The notes under the pieces are model-generated. The model did no database searches, was not told the DNA's origin, and was given only the letters and a program-made list of their open reading frames with translations. The position numbers were made by a program, and so were the translations under genes. Shown in pieces: positions 37,006-51,559 of a stretch of 64,000 nucleotides of DNA (positions within the stretch are counted from its first letter, which is position 1; every line of letters begins with the position of its first letter). This DNA is from Tubiluchus corallicola (taxonomy: Eukaryota > Animalia > Priapulida), in the NCBI GenBank assembly GCA_030141605.1, contig JAQGDQ010000862.1, positions 1 through 64,000 of the forward strand, read 5' to 3'.

Positions 37006-39899
37006 ATTCTATTTATCTATACAAGCATACATGATGTATACAGATTAATGATGATGACGCTGATGACACACCGACAGCACAGTTGCATAGCAAAACAATT
37101 TTGTCCAGAGTTGAAACTGTATGCTGTATCAGTGCCAATAGAGCCAATCCTCCAATGAACGATATAATGCAAACATATTTTATACATTAAACTGCGTTTG
37201 CAAACTGTTCCTTTTGAACTTAAAGGACTGATATAAATGATAATAAAGGATTCCTATTGCTGAAGCAAAATTATAGGCGGAGTGAAGTAAAATGACGTCA
37301 CGACAATGGCTTTCAATCAACTAATCTCAGCTCTTACTGGTTGAGGATAGTATAAAAGAGGGGTCGCATCATCATGTAGCCCATTCCATTTATCTCGAGA
37401 GATCTATATATCTCCTTACAAGAATCCCACCAGATGCCACTAGAATGTCTTTACTACACTTTATTTATCAAAAATCAGAAGTTGTGCACCTGAAAAAGCC
37501 CGCAAAAGGGTTGCTCTGGCATTCCCTTCCAATTTTATGAATGCGAATATCACCCACCGTTGAACAGCCTAAATGGGGTGAAAAGGTTTTCCCGCCAGCT
37601 GAGCCCGATGGGAAAAATAAACCATTAATGAGGCCATACAGGATCGAGACCTTTACACATTATAATAAATCCAGAAGCAACATTAAATTAATGGTAGACA
37701 AATCAATCACAAAATTTGCACATGACAAAAAACCCACAATGCCAAATCACACCGCACCACACTACCCTCATCAAGTCTACCACACAACACACTACGCCAC
37801 TCCATATAATATTGGTTTTTGATTTTGTCTTTAGAGTGCAAGCGAGAGGGCGCTATTGGAGAAAAAAATAAAGAGAAAATAGTTATCATTTAGTTTGTAA
37901 TCACTTTTTATAGTCTTGTGATTCGTACAGGCATAATTTTGGAATTCAGCAAATAATTTTTAGTTCAAGCAGAAAATTCCGCAAGCGAGCGTGACACAAT
38001 GCTATAATATTTTTTTACAAGTTTCTCTCTACAAAAGTGAATTGATGAAAAGTCTAATGAGAAACATTGGTGTGGCAAAGCAGGTATTAAATATTAAAGC
38101 CTCTTTGTACAATTGACAAAAAATGCAATAGAACTTTGACAATAATTGAGATGACTTTTAACCACTTAAACTCATCAGTAATAACGGTTAAGTACAATCA
38201 CACGCAGCAACAATTTTATTGGGATTTTGCAATAAAACCAATATTAAAAATTGACAATATTAAGTGACAATAAATGTCATTTAAAATAATTGTAATTGCA
38301 CAATAAAGAAAAATATAAACAAGCGAACAGCAGAAAAAATCTTGCATTGATTTTACTGATACGAGATGCAGCCCAATTTATTCACAGGAAAAATAACCAG
38401 CGCACTCATTCACAAAATAGACTAAAATTGGCTACTCACGATGAAAAGCAGAAACTGCGGTTTTCACATTTTCGAGAAAACATCATGAATTTGGCACTTA
38501 AAATCGATAGCAGAAATTAAATTTCACGCCAAAATCTCACAGTAATGCACAAAGTTCTGAAAAATGCTAGAGCACACATCAACGGATTCCGTTATTCTTA
38601 TTTGCCATTAGCAAGATTGCAAGACAAATGATATGCTTCGTAAGTGAGATGCAAATGACATGAACAATGTCACGCTTAGATACTGACTTCTCGAATTAAA
38701 ACATTTAGCGCCAGTTATTTCACTTCGTTTTATGCAGATGGATTTAATTGATTAATAGATCTTCAAGTTTCATGTTTCTTATTAATATTCATGTTTGTTT
38801 ATGTAACGCATCTGTTTCTCAGTTTCATTTCTTTCTCTTTTGGGAAGCATGGTCCATCTTGAAAAACCTGCTGTGGTACGTTTCTCTTCGATTTTGCTAA
38901 AATTTACTAATTATTTTAGCCGATAAACCCAGATAAAAGAGCAGAGTAATATCAAAAAAATGTAAATTTTTTATTTTGTGAAATTCAAAAACCAAAATTT
39001 GGTACAACGCCTGTAAAAAATTGGCTGCAGTGGATATTTGAAAAGGGAAGCTTTAGCAGGATTTCCCCAAAATTAAAAGCTTCTGAGCAGACAAAGTCTT
39101 ATGGGGGCGGCGCCAGGAGAGCAGTAAGTAGGTGGTTTTTTCACCTGACACTTTGACAAGCTAATAATGACTAATTGTTGCAAAATGAATACAATAAATG
39201 AAAGTTTTTCTGTAGTTTTTCACAAAATTTGGGTCCAAGTGAAAAAATGAACCAGCTGTTTGTTAAATCACAAAATCATGTACTTCACACTTGTTTCTGC
39301 TTTAATTAAGTTTAGTTAATAAAATTACACTAAAACTTTAGGTAACCAGTCAGTTCTCTTAGAAGAACGTTGTAACGTCCTGGATGTACAGGCTAGTTTC
39401 CCAGTGCATTCAGTTCTCGATTGGTTCTCATCAAGTCGAGCAAAACAGAAATTAACAATGTACTCATTAAGACCATAAGCCTGGCACTAAAAAGTACTAG
39501 TCACTTTCAAGATGTGGCAGTGGCGCCACTAACTACAGATGTGAAAAATTTGAGGTCTAAAATGGTTCAGATGTGTTTGACTGAATGGTATCATTCATTT
39601 TGAGCAAATTAAAAAAAACGAGAAACTTTTTTATACAATATTTATAAGGAATAAGTTCAGCTTTAACGAGTCTGAAATTAGTCATTCGCAAAATCAAATT
39701 CGAAAAGATTATTATCCCATCTTTAAACAATTAACATGCTCAAAGTAATTAAATCAGATAATCGTAGCATTCACAAAATGGACATTCTCAAGAGAAACAC
39801 TGAAAAATGCGTAAAGTTTTAAGCAGTGTGGGCAGGCTACAATGCAATAATCACAATTACAGTTACTAGCCAAACCCTGCAAAAATTAACATAAATCCA

Positions 39900-40235
39900 C
39901 AAAGACACAACATTACACTGTATCACACCACACATAACATATATACCCAACACACTATCCACATCACAGCACCTGCACCATACCACACTGTCTGCAGCAC
40001 CATGCTGAACCCATCACACTGCATGCGTCATGCCATTCAACATTCAACACACATTACGATGTCTTACCCACCACACAACCCAGCATGCTATAACACACCC
40101 ACAACACCACCTGCCACACAGCATGCCACCCACCCACAATTCACAACTTAACACCGAACACGCCACACCTTCCACAGCGTGCTCAGTACATACTACGTCA
40201 TAAGGCACCACGCCAAACCAACCACACCACATGGT
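39900..40235. repeat. Degenerate (CACAC/CACCA)n low-complexity tract
   Basis: Approximate 5-bp period, C/A-rich; similar short tract at ~37740-37800. Confidence 0.75.
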
Positions 40236-42139
40236 GGCCATGATGACGACAATGGTGATTTTGGTTGTAACAATTACCATGGTGACACCTACAATACCAA
40301 TGCTGGCAGCACAGCAGTACCGCGAAGGTTGATACTGTTTGACATGGCAAATGCTATTAGATCCAATTAGATCAATATAATGAAAGGGTGTTCCACGTTT
40401 TTGCAAATTGTTCCTTTTGATCATAATGGAGTACCATTGTAATGCTTCATTATAAGAGCCAGGAGCAGCTTCTATTGAAGTAAAATTATACGCAGAGTGC
40501 CATGGGAATGACGTCAGAACGCCGGCTTTTTCAGTCGAAGCCCGTTTCCTGTTCTTTCCAAAGAGCTATTGATCTTATTTCCAATGCTGGGTCCAAGAAA
40601 AACGGTCACATGGCACTCGCAGGAAAATGCCTATAACACCCACCGCTGGAAGGGCTATCAATCCGTTACCAGCACCGTTTCAAGACCGTTTCCGTTCTCT
40701 AGAAATAAGAGATATGAATTTCGCAAAAAATGGAGCTAAAAGGCTATTCTCGAGGTTTTTGCTCCTGTTCCTCCAGCTGTGCACGCGTAATTATAAGACT
40801 TATCAAACACCACCAAAAAGTTTAAAGAGTCAGAGAACGTATATATCTTGTCAAACATGCTGCAGTACGATTCTCTTTGTTTTTGCCAAAAGTTTGCGAT
40901 TATTTTAGCCGATCCAGTTAAAAGAGCAGAATATCATCAGGAAAACGTAGATTTTGGAAATCGTGTGGAAACGAAAAACGAAAATTTTGAGAAAAAGCAG
41001 CATGAAACGTTTATGTACAAAAGTAGCTGCAGTAGAGAACTGAAAGGAAATCTGTGGCAAAAATTAATAGCTGAAGTGTCACATGACTTTTTAAAGCAAA
41101 TTGTAAGATGTTAACCCATTAGTTTAAACATATCAGCTTAGGTGTGCAGGCAAAATGGCATAGCCATCATCACAGCTGGAGGTTTGCATTTTTTGCCATC
41201 AAACAGCATAACTGAATACAATACTGACGCCACCTATCTTCTTGAACCACGTGACGTGGCCTATGTAAAAAACTGGTTTTACATCTATTTAAAAAGCCAG
41301 GTGCTGTCAGCTACCAGGTAAAACTAGCAAATAAGTTTGATCAATAGTTATAATTTATAATAGTTGACGTGATTTAAAACGTGATATGAAAACGTTTCTG
41401 ACGTGATTTAAAACTTAAGATTTTGCATACAATATATTCAAGATTTACAGAATTGGACACAGAAAAAAACGCCATATTTTTCTTTGAAAGTTCTAATTTT
41501 TTGCTCTATTGATTTGACTTTGCTTTGAATGCACAGCGACTGCAATTCATAAAGAAATTGCTATTTGTAAATTTCAACCTGTGATCCAGTTAAAGGCCAC
41601 TCAACCTCGGCGCAACTCTGTCGTGTTTCTTTCTCTCGCACAGCTCGTAGAGAAAACAAGAAAAATTGGCAATAAATAAATAAATTAATAATTTTTTTCG
41701 ATCCTCATTTTTCAGTCAGAGATCAGCCAGTGTCAGCATGACTTGTGCTACTTGATTTGTCTCATCAATACTTTTCATTTGATAAATTAGTACCTAGTTT
41801 CACCTGGTTGACTCCTTCAAGACAGTGTGCATTTTCTGCACCTTGCGTGGGTTCAGGAGAAACTGCTCTCACTAAGCAGCGATCACGATATATTGTAGCT
41901 GTTACAATAGTTGCAATTTTGTACAGTAGATGGCTGTCTGGTATTGCCCGATACTATTCGGCTAATTGGAGCAGTTATATTATTACAAATCTTACAAGAT
42001 TGCATATTAATTTTGATTTTAAATGCGTAATACTAAATCTACCTACTGTCATTTACGTAATTGTTAGTGACTACTGTTTGTTAATTATTGGTTTTTCTAT
42101 GGTAACACATTGTAGGTGTTGTATTAGTTTCGATTTTGT

Positions 42140-43227
42140 ACAATAGATGGCTCACTGATATTACCCAAAGCTATTCAGCCAATTGGAGCATCTGCCATTG
42201 CTGGTCATGCATGCTGTCAATCACTCTTACCCATGAGCTATCATGTGCGACGTTGCTTTCATGCACGCATCGCTACACTCACTCCTCTAGCATGTATGCG
42301 AGTGCACCATGTCTTTACCACACTCTACGCAGACCCACATGTTTTGGTAAATTATATTCTCCATCCATGTACACTAGCCAAAAATGAATGCGGAGAAATG
42401 TCCGTTTTCATGCTAATGTTCGCTGTTTTGGTACAAAAGTATTACTGAAAACCCCAATGGTGCGAATAAATTTTGCAGACATTTTCATAGAAACCTGAGC
42501 TGGTAGAACTGCCTTATTCTCTGTTTCCATTTTTCTATGTACTGTAAAAAATAACATAATATATGAAATTGTCACAGCAGCCACCCATCCATTTAGCTGC
42601 GAGTATCTGTAGTGCATAACTTCCTCCTTTGCTACTTATCAAGTAAACCTCTCAACTTCTCCATTATTGTCAATTAGCGACAGAAAATCAAAAGCAGTTT
42701 TGTTTGAGAGCTGGAAATAAAGTTTTGTTATCAAAGCGCAGGTGTGTTCTATTATTTCTGTTGGAAGTAATGCTTGTCATAATATATCGCCCTGGGAAAC
42801 GTGTTTTGTTAAGATTGAAAGGAGCTTTTCAAACTGTTTGTATAGCAAATATTGGGCTAAAAGCTTTTCTTGTGATAATAAAGGGTGAAACCGCCTAACA
42901 TTAATTGCTGTTTGGATAAGATGGAGAAAGTCTTAAGTGCTCAGCCACCTGAACAAAAGACTCTTTGTAAGACGAAGAAAGTTTTAAATGCTCAGCCACC
43001 TGAACAAAGGGTTCTTTATATGACGGAGAAAGTTTTAAGTGCTCAGCCACCTAAACAAAAGGCTCTTTACAAGTGGAATTCTAAGATTCAAGTTCTGTTG
43101 TTGACTTTGAGCTGAGATAATTGCTGAGAGTGGTTCTGAAGCAAAGAAAATATTTTCCCACATTTTAACATCTTTTGTAAATTACACTCCCCCGAATACC
43201 TGGGAATGACGCCAGGGAAAGAGTTAA
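42140..43227 (+). repeat. Near-identical duplicate of 11610-12770
   Basis: Same ORF-track peptides (MKPPNINCCLDKMEKVLSAQPPEQ; HYRY.QLNGWVAAVTIS); stops abruptly at GAGTTAA. Confidence 0.92.
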
Positions 43228-43307
43228 TGGCTAGCGGCTTGAAAAACTCCGATTCGTCCTTGAACACATACGCATTATCGATCGTTGTGTTAAATTAAGT
43301 GAACTAC

Positions 43308-43313
<6 letters not shown>

Positions 43314-43338
<25 letters not shown>

Positions 43339-43352
43339 CGTGTGTGCGAGTG
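43314..43352. repeat. (TG)n microsatellite
   Basis: Direct inspection. Confidence 0.95.
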
Positions 43353-43454
43353 TATGAATATTGAATTCATGATGAAATCATGATCCAACATTACCCTTTA
43401 GCTATTACATTGTTACATTGTTTATAATACATACAATTTACATGTTTTATTTTT

Positions 43455-43712
43455 ATTTTCCGTAAGTTCTTCTAATTTCAGAAAAGTTTTCCTCCGTAGT
43501 CATGCAGCCAAGTCATTCGGTATCAAGGATAGTATCTGTTTAATTGCGTCAATTTGACAAACCCTCTCATAGGTAGAAACACCGAGAGCTTTGTGATAAT
43601 CTCGTAGGCTATTATCCAGCCTGCGACCGAGTTGAGTGTAGCTTTCATTTTTCTGTTTGCCAATACTTCGGAATCTTTCCAAGTACATATCAGGACTGAG
43701 AATGTAAGCACC
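43455..43712 (-). mobile_element. Gypsy-type gag (SCAN-like) fragment
   Basis: AYILSPDMYLERFRSIGKQKNESYTQLGRRL...STYERVCQIDAIKQILSLIP resembles the AY.L.PE.YR..FR...E..F..RL...EQ....LP capsid pattern; contains a stop. Confidence 0.7.
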
Positions 43713-44567
43713 ATTTCGCAAACTGTCTGTTGGCATTGTTTATTTACATTGTTTTAATTGTATGTCTCTATCACTTTAGCTATTTTAGGACCGTTTTTAA
43801 TGTAAATGTTTACTGTTTTGGTGCTAACGTATTACTAAGATCCAGGTCTGATGGGAGAGGGGCGTCGGGGGTCAGTGACCCATGGACCAGCAGTTTTGGG
43901 GAGAGTCGAGAAGATTAAGGACCAGGGTTTTATTTAAGCCAGGTCTGTTAAAAGTTTTTTTTATTCATAAAATCTACGTGGATTAACCATTTCTTCATAT
44001 CTTTTCCTAGTAGTTGAAATAACGGAAAATTGCCGAAATAATTACAAAAGTTGTTGATGATATGAGCCTTCATATTCTACGTCCACTGGTGAGTGACAGC
44101 TTCATGTAGTTTTGCCACTTGAAGTGGGGTCCTTAATGCTTGCTGTCCTGGGGCATTTTTTGCAGACATTTTCATAGTGACATTTGCAGTTTCTCTGTAA
44201 CAAAGGCGAGCCCTTTTACTGGCACCACAGAAATCGATGAAATCATTCAGTTGATTTTTTATCTGTTGTTTTTCTTGTCCTACAACTGTTTCAACTATAT
44301 ACATCATACGAAACAATCCTGAGAATTTTGATTTTTTGTGAAACCCCGTGAATTTGGACAATAAAAAATATTAAATCTCTGACAAAGGAGAATTACAAAA
44401 TGTCAGTAAGTTGCAGATGTGCTAATACCGTGTAGCACAATTTAGTTAAAATGACCTTCAAATGGGAATGTTTAAAGTAGCTCTAATTTTCAATATTTTG
44501 CATGGGAAACGTAGTCCTACTCCAAATCATTGGTGATTATTATATGCCTTTCTTAACAGCAGCAAAG

Positions 44568-44862
44568 TGTTTGCTTTCCATCTTTTGTTAACTTTTTCCC
44601 TGGAGTTCCAGGTAGGCAGCTTAACCAAACAAAAAGCTTCTACATTCCATTGACATTCGTGTCTGTATTTGCTCTAAAGCTTTTGTTAACTCTTCCCCAG
44701 GGTGTTCCAGCTTAAGCAAACAAAAAACTTTCTGCATTCTATAGAAATTCCTGTCTGTATTTGCCCTCCATCTTTTGTTAACTCTTTCACGGGGAGTTCC
44801 AGTTTGGCAGCTTAATTAAACAAAAAAGCTTCTACCGTCTATTCATAATATTGTCTGTCTTT
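44568..44862 (+). repeat. ~90-98-bp tandem repeat, 3 diverged copies
   Basis: TTTGC...CTTTTGTTAACT.TT.CC..GG.GTTCCAG...AGCTTAA..AAACAAAAA.CTT...TGTCTGT recurs three times. Confidence 0.85.
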
Positions 44863-46424
44863 TAACCCATTCTTTCCAGTATTTAAACAGGGCGCAACTA
44901 GTTTACTTAAGATTTCTGAAGTATGTGAAAAGATTTTCTGAGTTTAACACAAAGAAGTAAAACTGTTCGACTTTCTTTAAAAACACATATAGACGTATAG
45001 AGTATAAAGGGTATTTGAAAGATGTAATGAATTTGTTGGGTGCAACTACTAGAAAAATATAGATCTTTTCCACTTCTTAATTACGAATTACGTTTACAAA
45101 TCGTATTTGAGAAATTCAATTCACCCAAAGTTTAAACTTCTTTAAAAATGGCAAACGAGAGAATGACATGAGAAAATTGGCATTGGAACACTGCTAAGGT
45201 AAAAAATGGCAAATGAAAGAATGGCAATGGCAAAATGGTATACTTAGTAAACTATGTGTTTGAATAAAGGTTATTGTGGGGATAGTAATTTTAGTTTTTT
45301 TACTCTGCCTTGGAAATTTTGCTTCAACACAGTCTGTTTGTATAGTTTGTTTTTCGCCAATTACGGCAGTAAGCCTGACATGCAAAAACTATCTAATATA
45401 TTTCTAAGAATCTACCTGAATAAACGTGGATGGAGAAGGCCAAAATTCAAGTTTTTTAGCTTGTTATTTTTTCGCAAAGCTTGGCGTTTATGAAAACATC
45501 CCTGAAGTACTTCGTCAAGGTCTCTGAGGTAAAGTTTAGCACACATATTTCGAGATTCCATTTTGAGATTTTCTCTCCTGTAAAACTGTGTAACGCTGAT
45601 TATGATCTTTTCTTAGTCTATTACCGTCGCCAAAATGAATAAATAAAAGGTAGATAAAGTATTAAGTATTATTTGTGCATTACTGTTTTTAAATCTATTT
45701 AACAAACAAATATTTTGCTAACCTGTATCATACTAATACAGCTACATTTTTGTATATTTGTTTGTTCATTTTGTGTTAAATTTTTTTAGCCAAAATAAGC
45801 AGATGAATAAGTTTAGAATTGTTCAGCTCTGGCAGAGATTTGTTTCCTATGAGTGCATTCTAGTTTTATTATAGAAATCAATTGCATCCATGTAACATTA
45901 TGTGCCATTTTTCCCATGCCATTTTTATCTGCACCGTTTTTCTTGTGCAGAGCTGCTGCTATTATGGTTGTTATTGTCATGGTCATTACTGCTGTTGTTG
46001 TTTCTGCTGTTGTTATTATTGTAAAATAAATACAACGCCAGGCTAAGTGTGACGATGTTGTAGATATAATCCATGTACTCAAATTTGTGACACAAGTTTC
46101 TTACATACGTTCAGGCATTTTTTGCCTTTAAAATTATTAAAAATGACAGTCATTTGATCTATTAATAGTTATTTTGATTTAAGCCAATAACAATAGACTA
46201 AAAATGGTGATAAAATGGCAAGCTATAAAATCTACGTAGCATAAAAAACTGCGCAAAAGGTACAGTACTTTAGAGACGGCTTTGTACAGATCAGCATAGC
46301 ATGCATACTAAATGTCCTAAATACTTTAAAAAATTATCAGCAGTTAAAGAATGAAGCACATTTTTTGCTTTTGTTGTGTTTTTAAAAAAGTCGGACTTTG
46401 TTTTTTTGCACATGACAAAGAATG

Positions 46425-48590
46425 TTGTGTATCCCACAGGATACATTGGGAACAAACGGTTGTAATTCACTTTCATAATAATAGACCCAGGAATGCAATG
46501 ATGTGCAATAACCTCTTTGCAAGTCCAGTAATTAGCTTTTTAATTAGTAAAGTATGTTTATACTACTATGTTAATGTGTAAACAATTCCACTCGAGTCCC
46601 TTTCCAATTTATTCATTATACTACTTCACTACATATTAGTATCTAACAAGGTGGTTCAAGACACTATAAAGGTGCTACACTAAGGACAGTAAATCCTAAG
46701 TGGCAATTGCAGTGATATAAAGAAGGCATGATACCGTATTATACCCTATGGTGAGTACAAACTTTCTTTTTATTTTTTATATTTCTGTTTCACTTTACAT
46801 TTTCACTGTTCATAGGTTTCATCAATTCATGAATTTCTATGCACCAAGATTATTACAATAAACATATGTCGCTTTACATTCCACTGTTCATTGCAATAAT
46901 ATTGGATTATTGTCTTAGGTAACAAAATGGATTCCATTTCAACATCAAAATTTTATGAAAAGCCAGTGGATGTATGGACTCGGATGTTGTTGTAAGACAT
47001 GGCAGAAGAGAATTAATTTTGTTACTGGATGCTGACGTGTCTGAACCTGAGAATGAATCTAATGATGATGATGGAGAAAGTGATTACTCAGAGTCTTCAT
47101 GCTCAGAAGTTAGTGACTCAGAAATCGACAGTAATCAGCCAACAACATCAACAGCTCTGCAGAACAAAGGCTCTGGTTTTAAATGGAAGACACCCAAAAA
47201 GAATGCACAGCCTACTGCCATAGAATTCTCGGGGAGGTGGAGGACTACAGAGACAGCATCCAACCAGCTTCTTGGTATTTTAATCAATTTTGACCAGTTG
47301 AATTGATAGACTTTATAGTGGAGCAGACAAATTTGTATGCAGCGGAAGATGGAGGCAACTTTGTGACCTCAACTGAAGAAATCGAAATTCATTTAGGAAT
47401 TCTCATCAGAATGGGTTTGACGGGTGTGCCTCAATATAGAGTATTGGTCAAAAAAAATTTCGAGTGTCTGCCATTGCAGATCATATTAGCAGAAATCGAT
47501 TTTTTGAGATAAATCGATATCTACACTTTGCTGATAATGCTCACATAGTAAAAGACCGTGATGATCCAGCTTATGACAGATTGTTCATGGTTAGACCACT
47601 GCTGAACATAGTTAGAAATATGTGTCTTGAAGCAAAACCCCTTCAACGGCAAAGCATAGATGAGCAAGTGATTCAAGGGGAGAAGTTACCTTCGCCAGTA
47701 TCTTCCAAAAAATCCTAAAAAATGGGGGTGTAAAGTTTTTGAGACATGAAAAAGAAGGGCCGCGGTAAATATGACAGTAAAGTGGTCATAATTTCTGCAA
47801 TAAACGCTGTTCCCTCGTAACACAAGAAATCTGTTACATTGACTGCGACAGATGTTGGTGTAAATCCCGTCCAGAAGGTGAAACGACATGACAGAAAGCA
47901 AAAAATGATGTATATTATTGCCCTGCAATTGTAAAAGAGTACAACATGCATATGGGGGCAGTAGATCTGTGTGACATGTTGATGAGTTTCTACAGAATTG
48001 ATCATAAGAGTACAAAGTGGTACAGAGGAGTATTCTTTTGGTGCCTTAGTGTTGCAGTTGTAAATGGTTGGCTACAATACCGTCATCACTGTACACATCT
48101 TATACTTCCAAAATAATCACAAATGGATTTCATGGAATTTGCTTCAGAATTGAGTACTTCTTTACTAACAGAAGACAAAAAGATCGAAACGAGCCGTAAA
48201 CGACGCCTCCCACCACCTGCTGAAGAGTCAGATGAAGATAATGTGCAACCTAAGCACTACAATATTTACAGCGTTTACAATCCTAGAAAGCCAGAAAGAC
48301 ACTTTCCAAAAATAGAGAATAAAGGCAGAGATGCAAGTGCTGCTGCAAGCTCAGCCAAACAAAATGTATAAAATGCAACGTGTTCTTATGCTTGCAACAA
48401 GATCATAATTGCTTCTTGAGATTCCACATGCAAATTCCATGTGGAGATTCCACATAAGTCAGAATTTTGTAATAAAATTCCACGACTTTATTAAATGTAT
48501 TGAATAAACTTCAGATTTCCAAATATACAGCATTTGCTTATTGTCATGTTTAGCAACCATTGAATCCCAATGTATCCAGGGATACAGGTG
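46425..48590 (+). mobile_element. piggyBac element remnant bounded by subterminal inverted repeats
   Basis: TGTATCCCACAGGATACATTGGGAACAAACGGTTG (~46427-46462) is the approximate reverse complement of CAACCATTGAATCCCAATGTATCCAGGGATACA (~48554-48586). Outer TTAA termini were not located. Confidence 0.7.
46927..48430 (+). pseudogene. Decayed piggyBac (PGBD-type, DDE_Tnp_1_7) transposase
   Basis: Acidic N-terminus; IVEQTNLYA; ISRNRFFEINRYLHF; RPLL; SIDEQ; QYLPKNPKKWG.KV; YNMHMGAVDLCD; KWYR; VNGW; C-terminal CIKCNVFLC...NCFLRFH. Many stops and frameshifts plus an internal deletion. Confidence 0.9.
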
Positions 48591-51559
48591 ATATTTAGCA
48601 TACGGGCACATGCAAAAAAGAATTATTATGTGTAAACAAGATGGATTGGTGAAAAATTGGCTGTAGTGGAGAACTGAAAGGGGAAACTTCAGCAGGATTT
48701 TTCCAAAATTAAAAGCTTAAATGTCACATGACATTTCCAACCAAATTGGAAATTGTCACTGTGACGAACCAAAGATAGAGGGAGCTGATTAAATCGGCTC
48801 ACGTACCTAGATTCGTAATTCAACTAAGTGACGTCATGAGCAGACAAAGTCATTCATTATGAGAGCGGCGCCAGAAGAGCAGTAAGTAGGTGGTTTTTTC
48901 ACCTAGAACAGTGTCATGGATACCAATTAGGCTAACTGATGCAAAATGAATACAATAATTGCCTTTATTTTTCAAGTCTTGTTCATTCAATTAAATAAAT
49001 AAAAAATAACCAGAAATAAAAGACATTCTAAAGAAATCTGTAATTGGATCTATATTAAAAAGCTAGTCCATATATGCAGCCTTTAATGAAAAAAAATCAA
49101 TTTATAACTAAAAGCTCCTATGGTAATCTAATAGTGAAACCTTTACCGACAAAGGTTTTGTAAAAAATTACCTCAACTGTATTTGCTCACATTTGCTCAC
49201 ATACATTTGCTCATTACCTTGGTTTTGTTAAAAACTATTGTTCGTGCTTTTTTACAAAGCCCGTGTGCCAGGTATTACCTGATAAAGTGTAATTAATTAC
49301 CTGCAAGGTCTTTTATATAGTGAAAATTATTGAGATAACATAGCAGTGTTTTTCTTTCTGGCAGCACCATATGTTTACCTTACCTGAGAAGTGGTCCAAG
49401 CAACAAAATTAATTGCAGCTGGCAGCTCTGTAAAGTGATTTTTGAAACCATTTGCTAAAGAAATTTCGTATTAAAGTTTGTGGACATTCTGGGTGGCAGG
49501 AACATGAGCTGTACACGTGGTTAAAGTTAAAATTGATGAAAATGAAAGTTTACAAGATCGAGCAAATGAAGATGAAGAGAATGCTTCAGAATTACACAGT
49601 GAACATCATTAGTCTATTATGTCAGAATTTTGATAAGCTATTAAAAAACAGTATAGCATAAAAACAATAGTACGGTGGTGAAACGTCTATTTGCAATCTT
49701 CACACATCATTCATATAGTTACAACAACTTGACCTGTATCTTGGTTTTGACCTACCAGGGGCACCACGATTGGCAGTTGGTCATTCTACTCAGTTAGTAG
49801 AATGTCATATTTGGTTAATATATTATTACCCAGTAACACATATTTGGTTAATTCATAAACCCGCTAGGTCTTTAGTGTAATATAAATTTAGCGCAGTAAA
49901 ACTGGCAGAGTTGCCATCATCACAGCTGGAGTTTCTCATTATTTGCACGAAAAGAGCAGAAAGAGGTAACATCTTAGTTCTTGAGCCACCTGACATAGGC
50001 CAATAGAAAAGAACAAATTTTACACATAAAATAAAAAGCCTATTTACTGAGATTTGATAATAACAGGATTGGCGCTTGGAGTTTGATATTAGAGAGACAA
50101 TTTTTGTCTTCAGCAAACAAATCAATTTAGAGAATTACCCTTTCATATTGTGCCATGTTTGCCCGTGTGATTGAACACTTAAAGTTGCCTTGTTCAAACA
50201 GTAATTATTGTACGTAATCTCGTACAAACGATATTGGGTAGCCTCGTAAAGTACAGAAACATTTCTTCTCTGTGTTTTAAATAGAAATATTTTAACATTT
50301 CTTTGAAATGCTTTTAAAATGCTTTGAAAAAAATCTAATTCAATTATTCTGATCATAAATCCTTTTAATCTTATCAAAACGTGGCATTTCCCAATCAGTT
50401 ATATCTTTACAAATCTTACTTCAAAGAGTGTTTTAATTTTCATTTTAAATGCGTAATACTAAATCAAAGCTGTAATACCGTTTTTGTTAACATTGGTTTG
50501 AGCTTACACACAGAAAGAGTTTGTTTCATTTACTCTTTATTCAGTCTGACCTAGGGCTAGAACCATGCTGTGTTGATTGTGTACCAGATTGCGTTCTACA
50601 ATTTTCTTATTGTATGTAAGTGATTGTGGACAAAACTCCTTAAAATAAAAATTTGTTGTGTCATTAATTGTATAAAAATTTATTTTGTACCATTTGTAAG
50701 ACAATTGGCTAACGTGTTGTCTTGTAATGGTAACATGTTGACTTTTTACGGCAACATATTGTAGCTGCTGCGTTAGTTATGATTTTGCACACTAGATGTT
50801 GACTGATATTAATCAAAGCTATTCACCCAGTTGGAACGTCCGCCATTGCTAGACATGCTTCCTTTACTCCAGCGCTGTCAATCCCTCTTACCTATAAGCT
50901 CTCATGTGTAATATTGTTTCCATACATGCATCACTACACTCACTGCTCTAGAATGTATATCTCTGCTACGCTCTACACAGACTCACATGTTTAGATAAAA
51001 TATTTTAACCTTCCAGTGTATGTACACTAACCAAAAATGAAAGTGGAGAAATAATAGCAAAGGCTGCATAACTGTTTTAGTAAATTGCTGGGATGAAAAT
51101 AAATGCCAACAAAACCCATTTTTATTTTTATATATGTTTTATATAAATCTTTTTATTCTTATCAAAACGTGTCCTTACCCCAGCAGATGTATTATTACAA
51201 CCTTACTTCAGTGATTATTGCGTATTAATTTTTATTTATAACGTAACACTTAATCTAACCACAATCGTTTTTCACTCAATGTGTTCTTCTTAATCTTTAC
51301 TGTTTGTGTTAAAATTATTGTTTTTTTTTGCTAAAAATTTTTGCTGTTACTATTTTTCTTCCTGCTATTCGATTTTTGTATTTTGTAAAATAAATTTATT
51401 TCGCTTACTCTTAATTCAGTTTGACTCATGGGTAGAACCATGCTGTCTATCAGTTTGCATTCAACAATTTTCTTATTATATGGTTAAAATTTTTATAGGA
51501 TTTTGCGTTGTACAACCATTTACAGTGTACCATTTCTGATTCACTTACTTTTGAAAGCA

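Noticed and set aside
43228-43245. Primer-binding site (TGGCTAGCGG)
   Set aside because: Not preceded by an LTR CA end, and the nearby gag fragment is on the opposite strand.
44568-44862. CRISPR-like or repeat-spacer array (also considered for the 24-, 39- and 51-bp repeats)
   Set aside because: Units are wholly homologous with no unique spacers; no cas genes; eukaryotic context.
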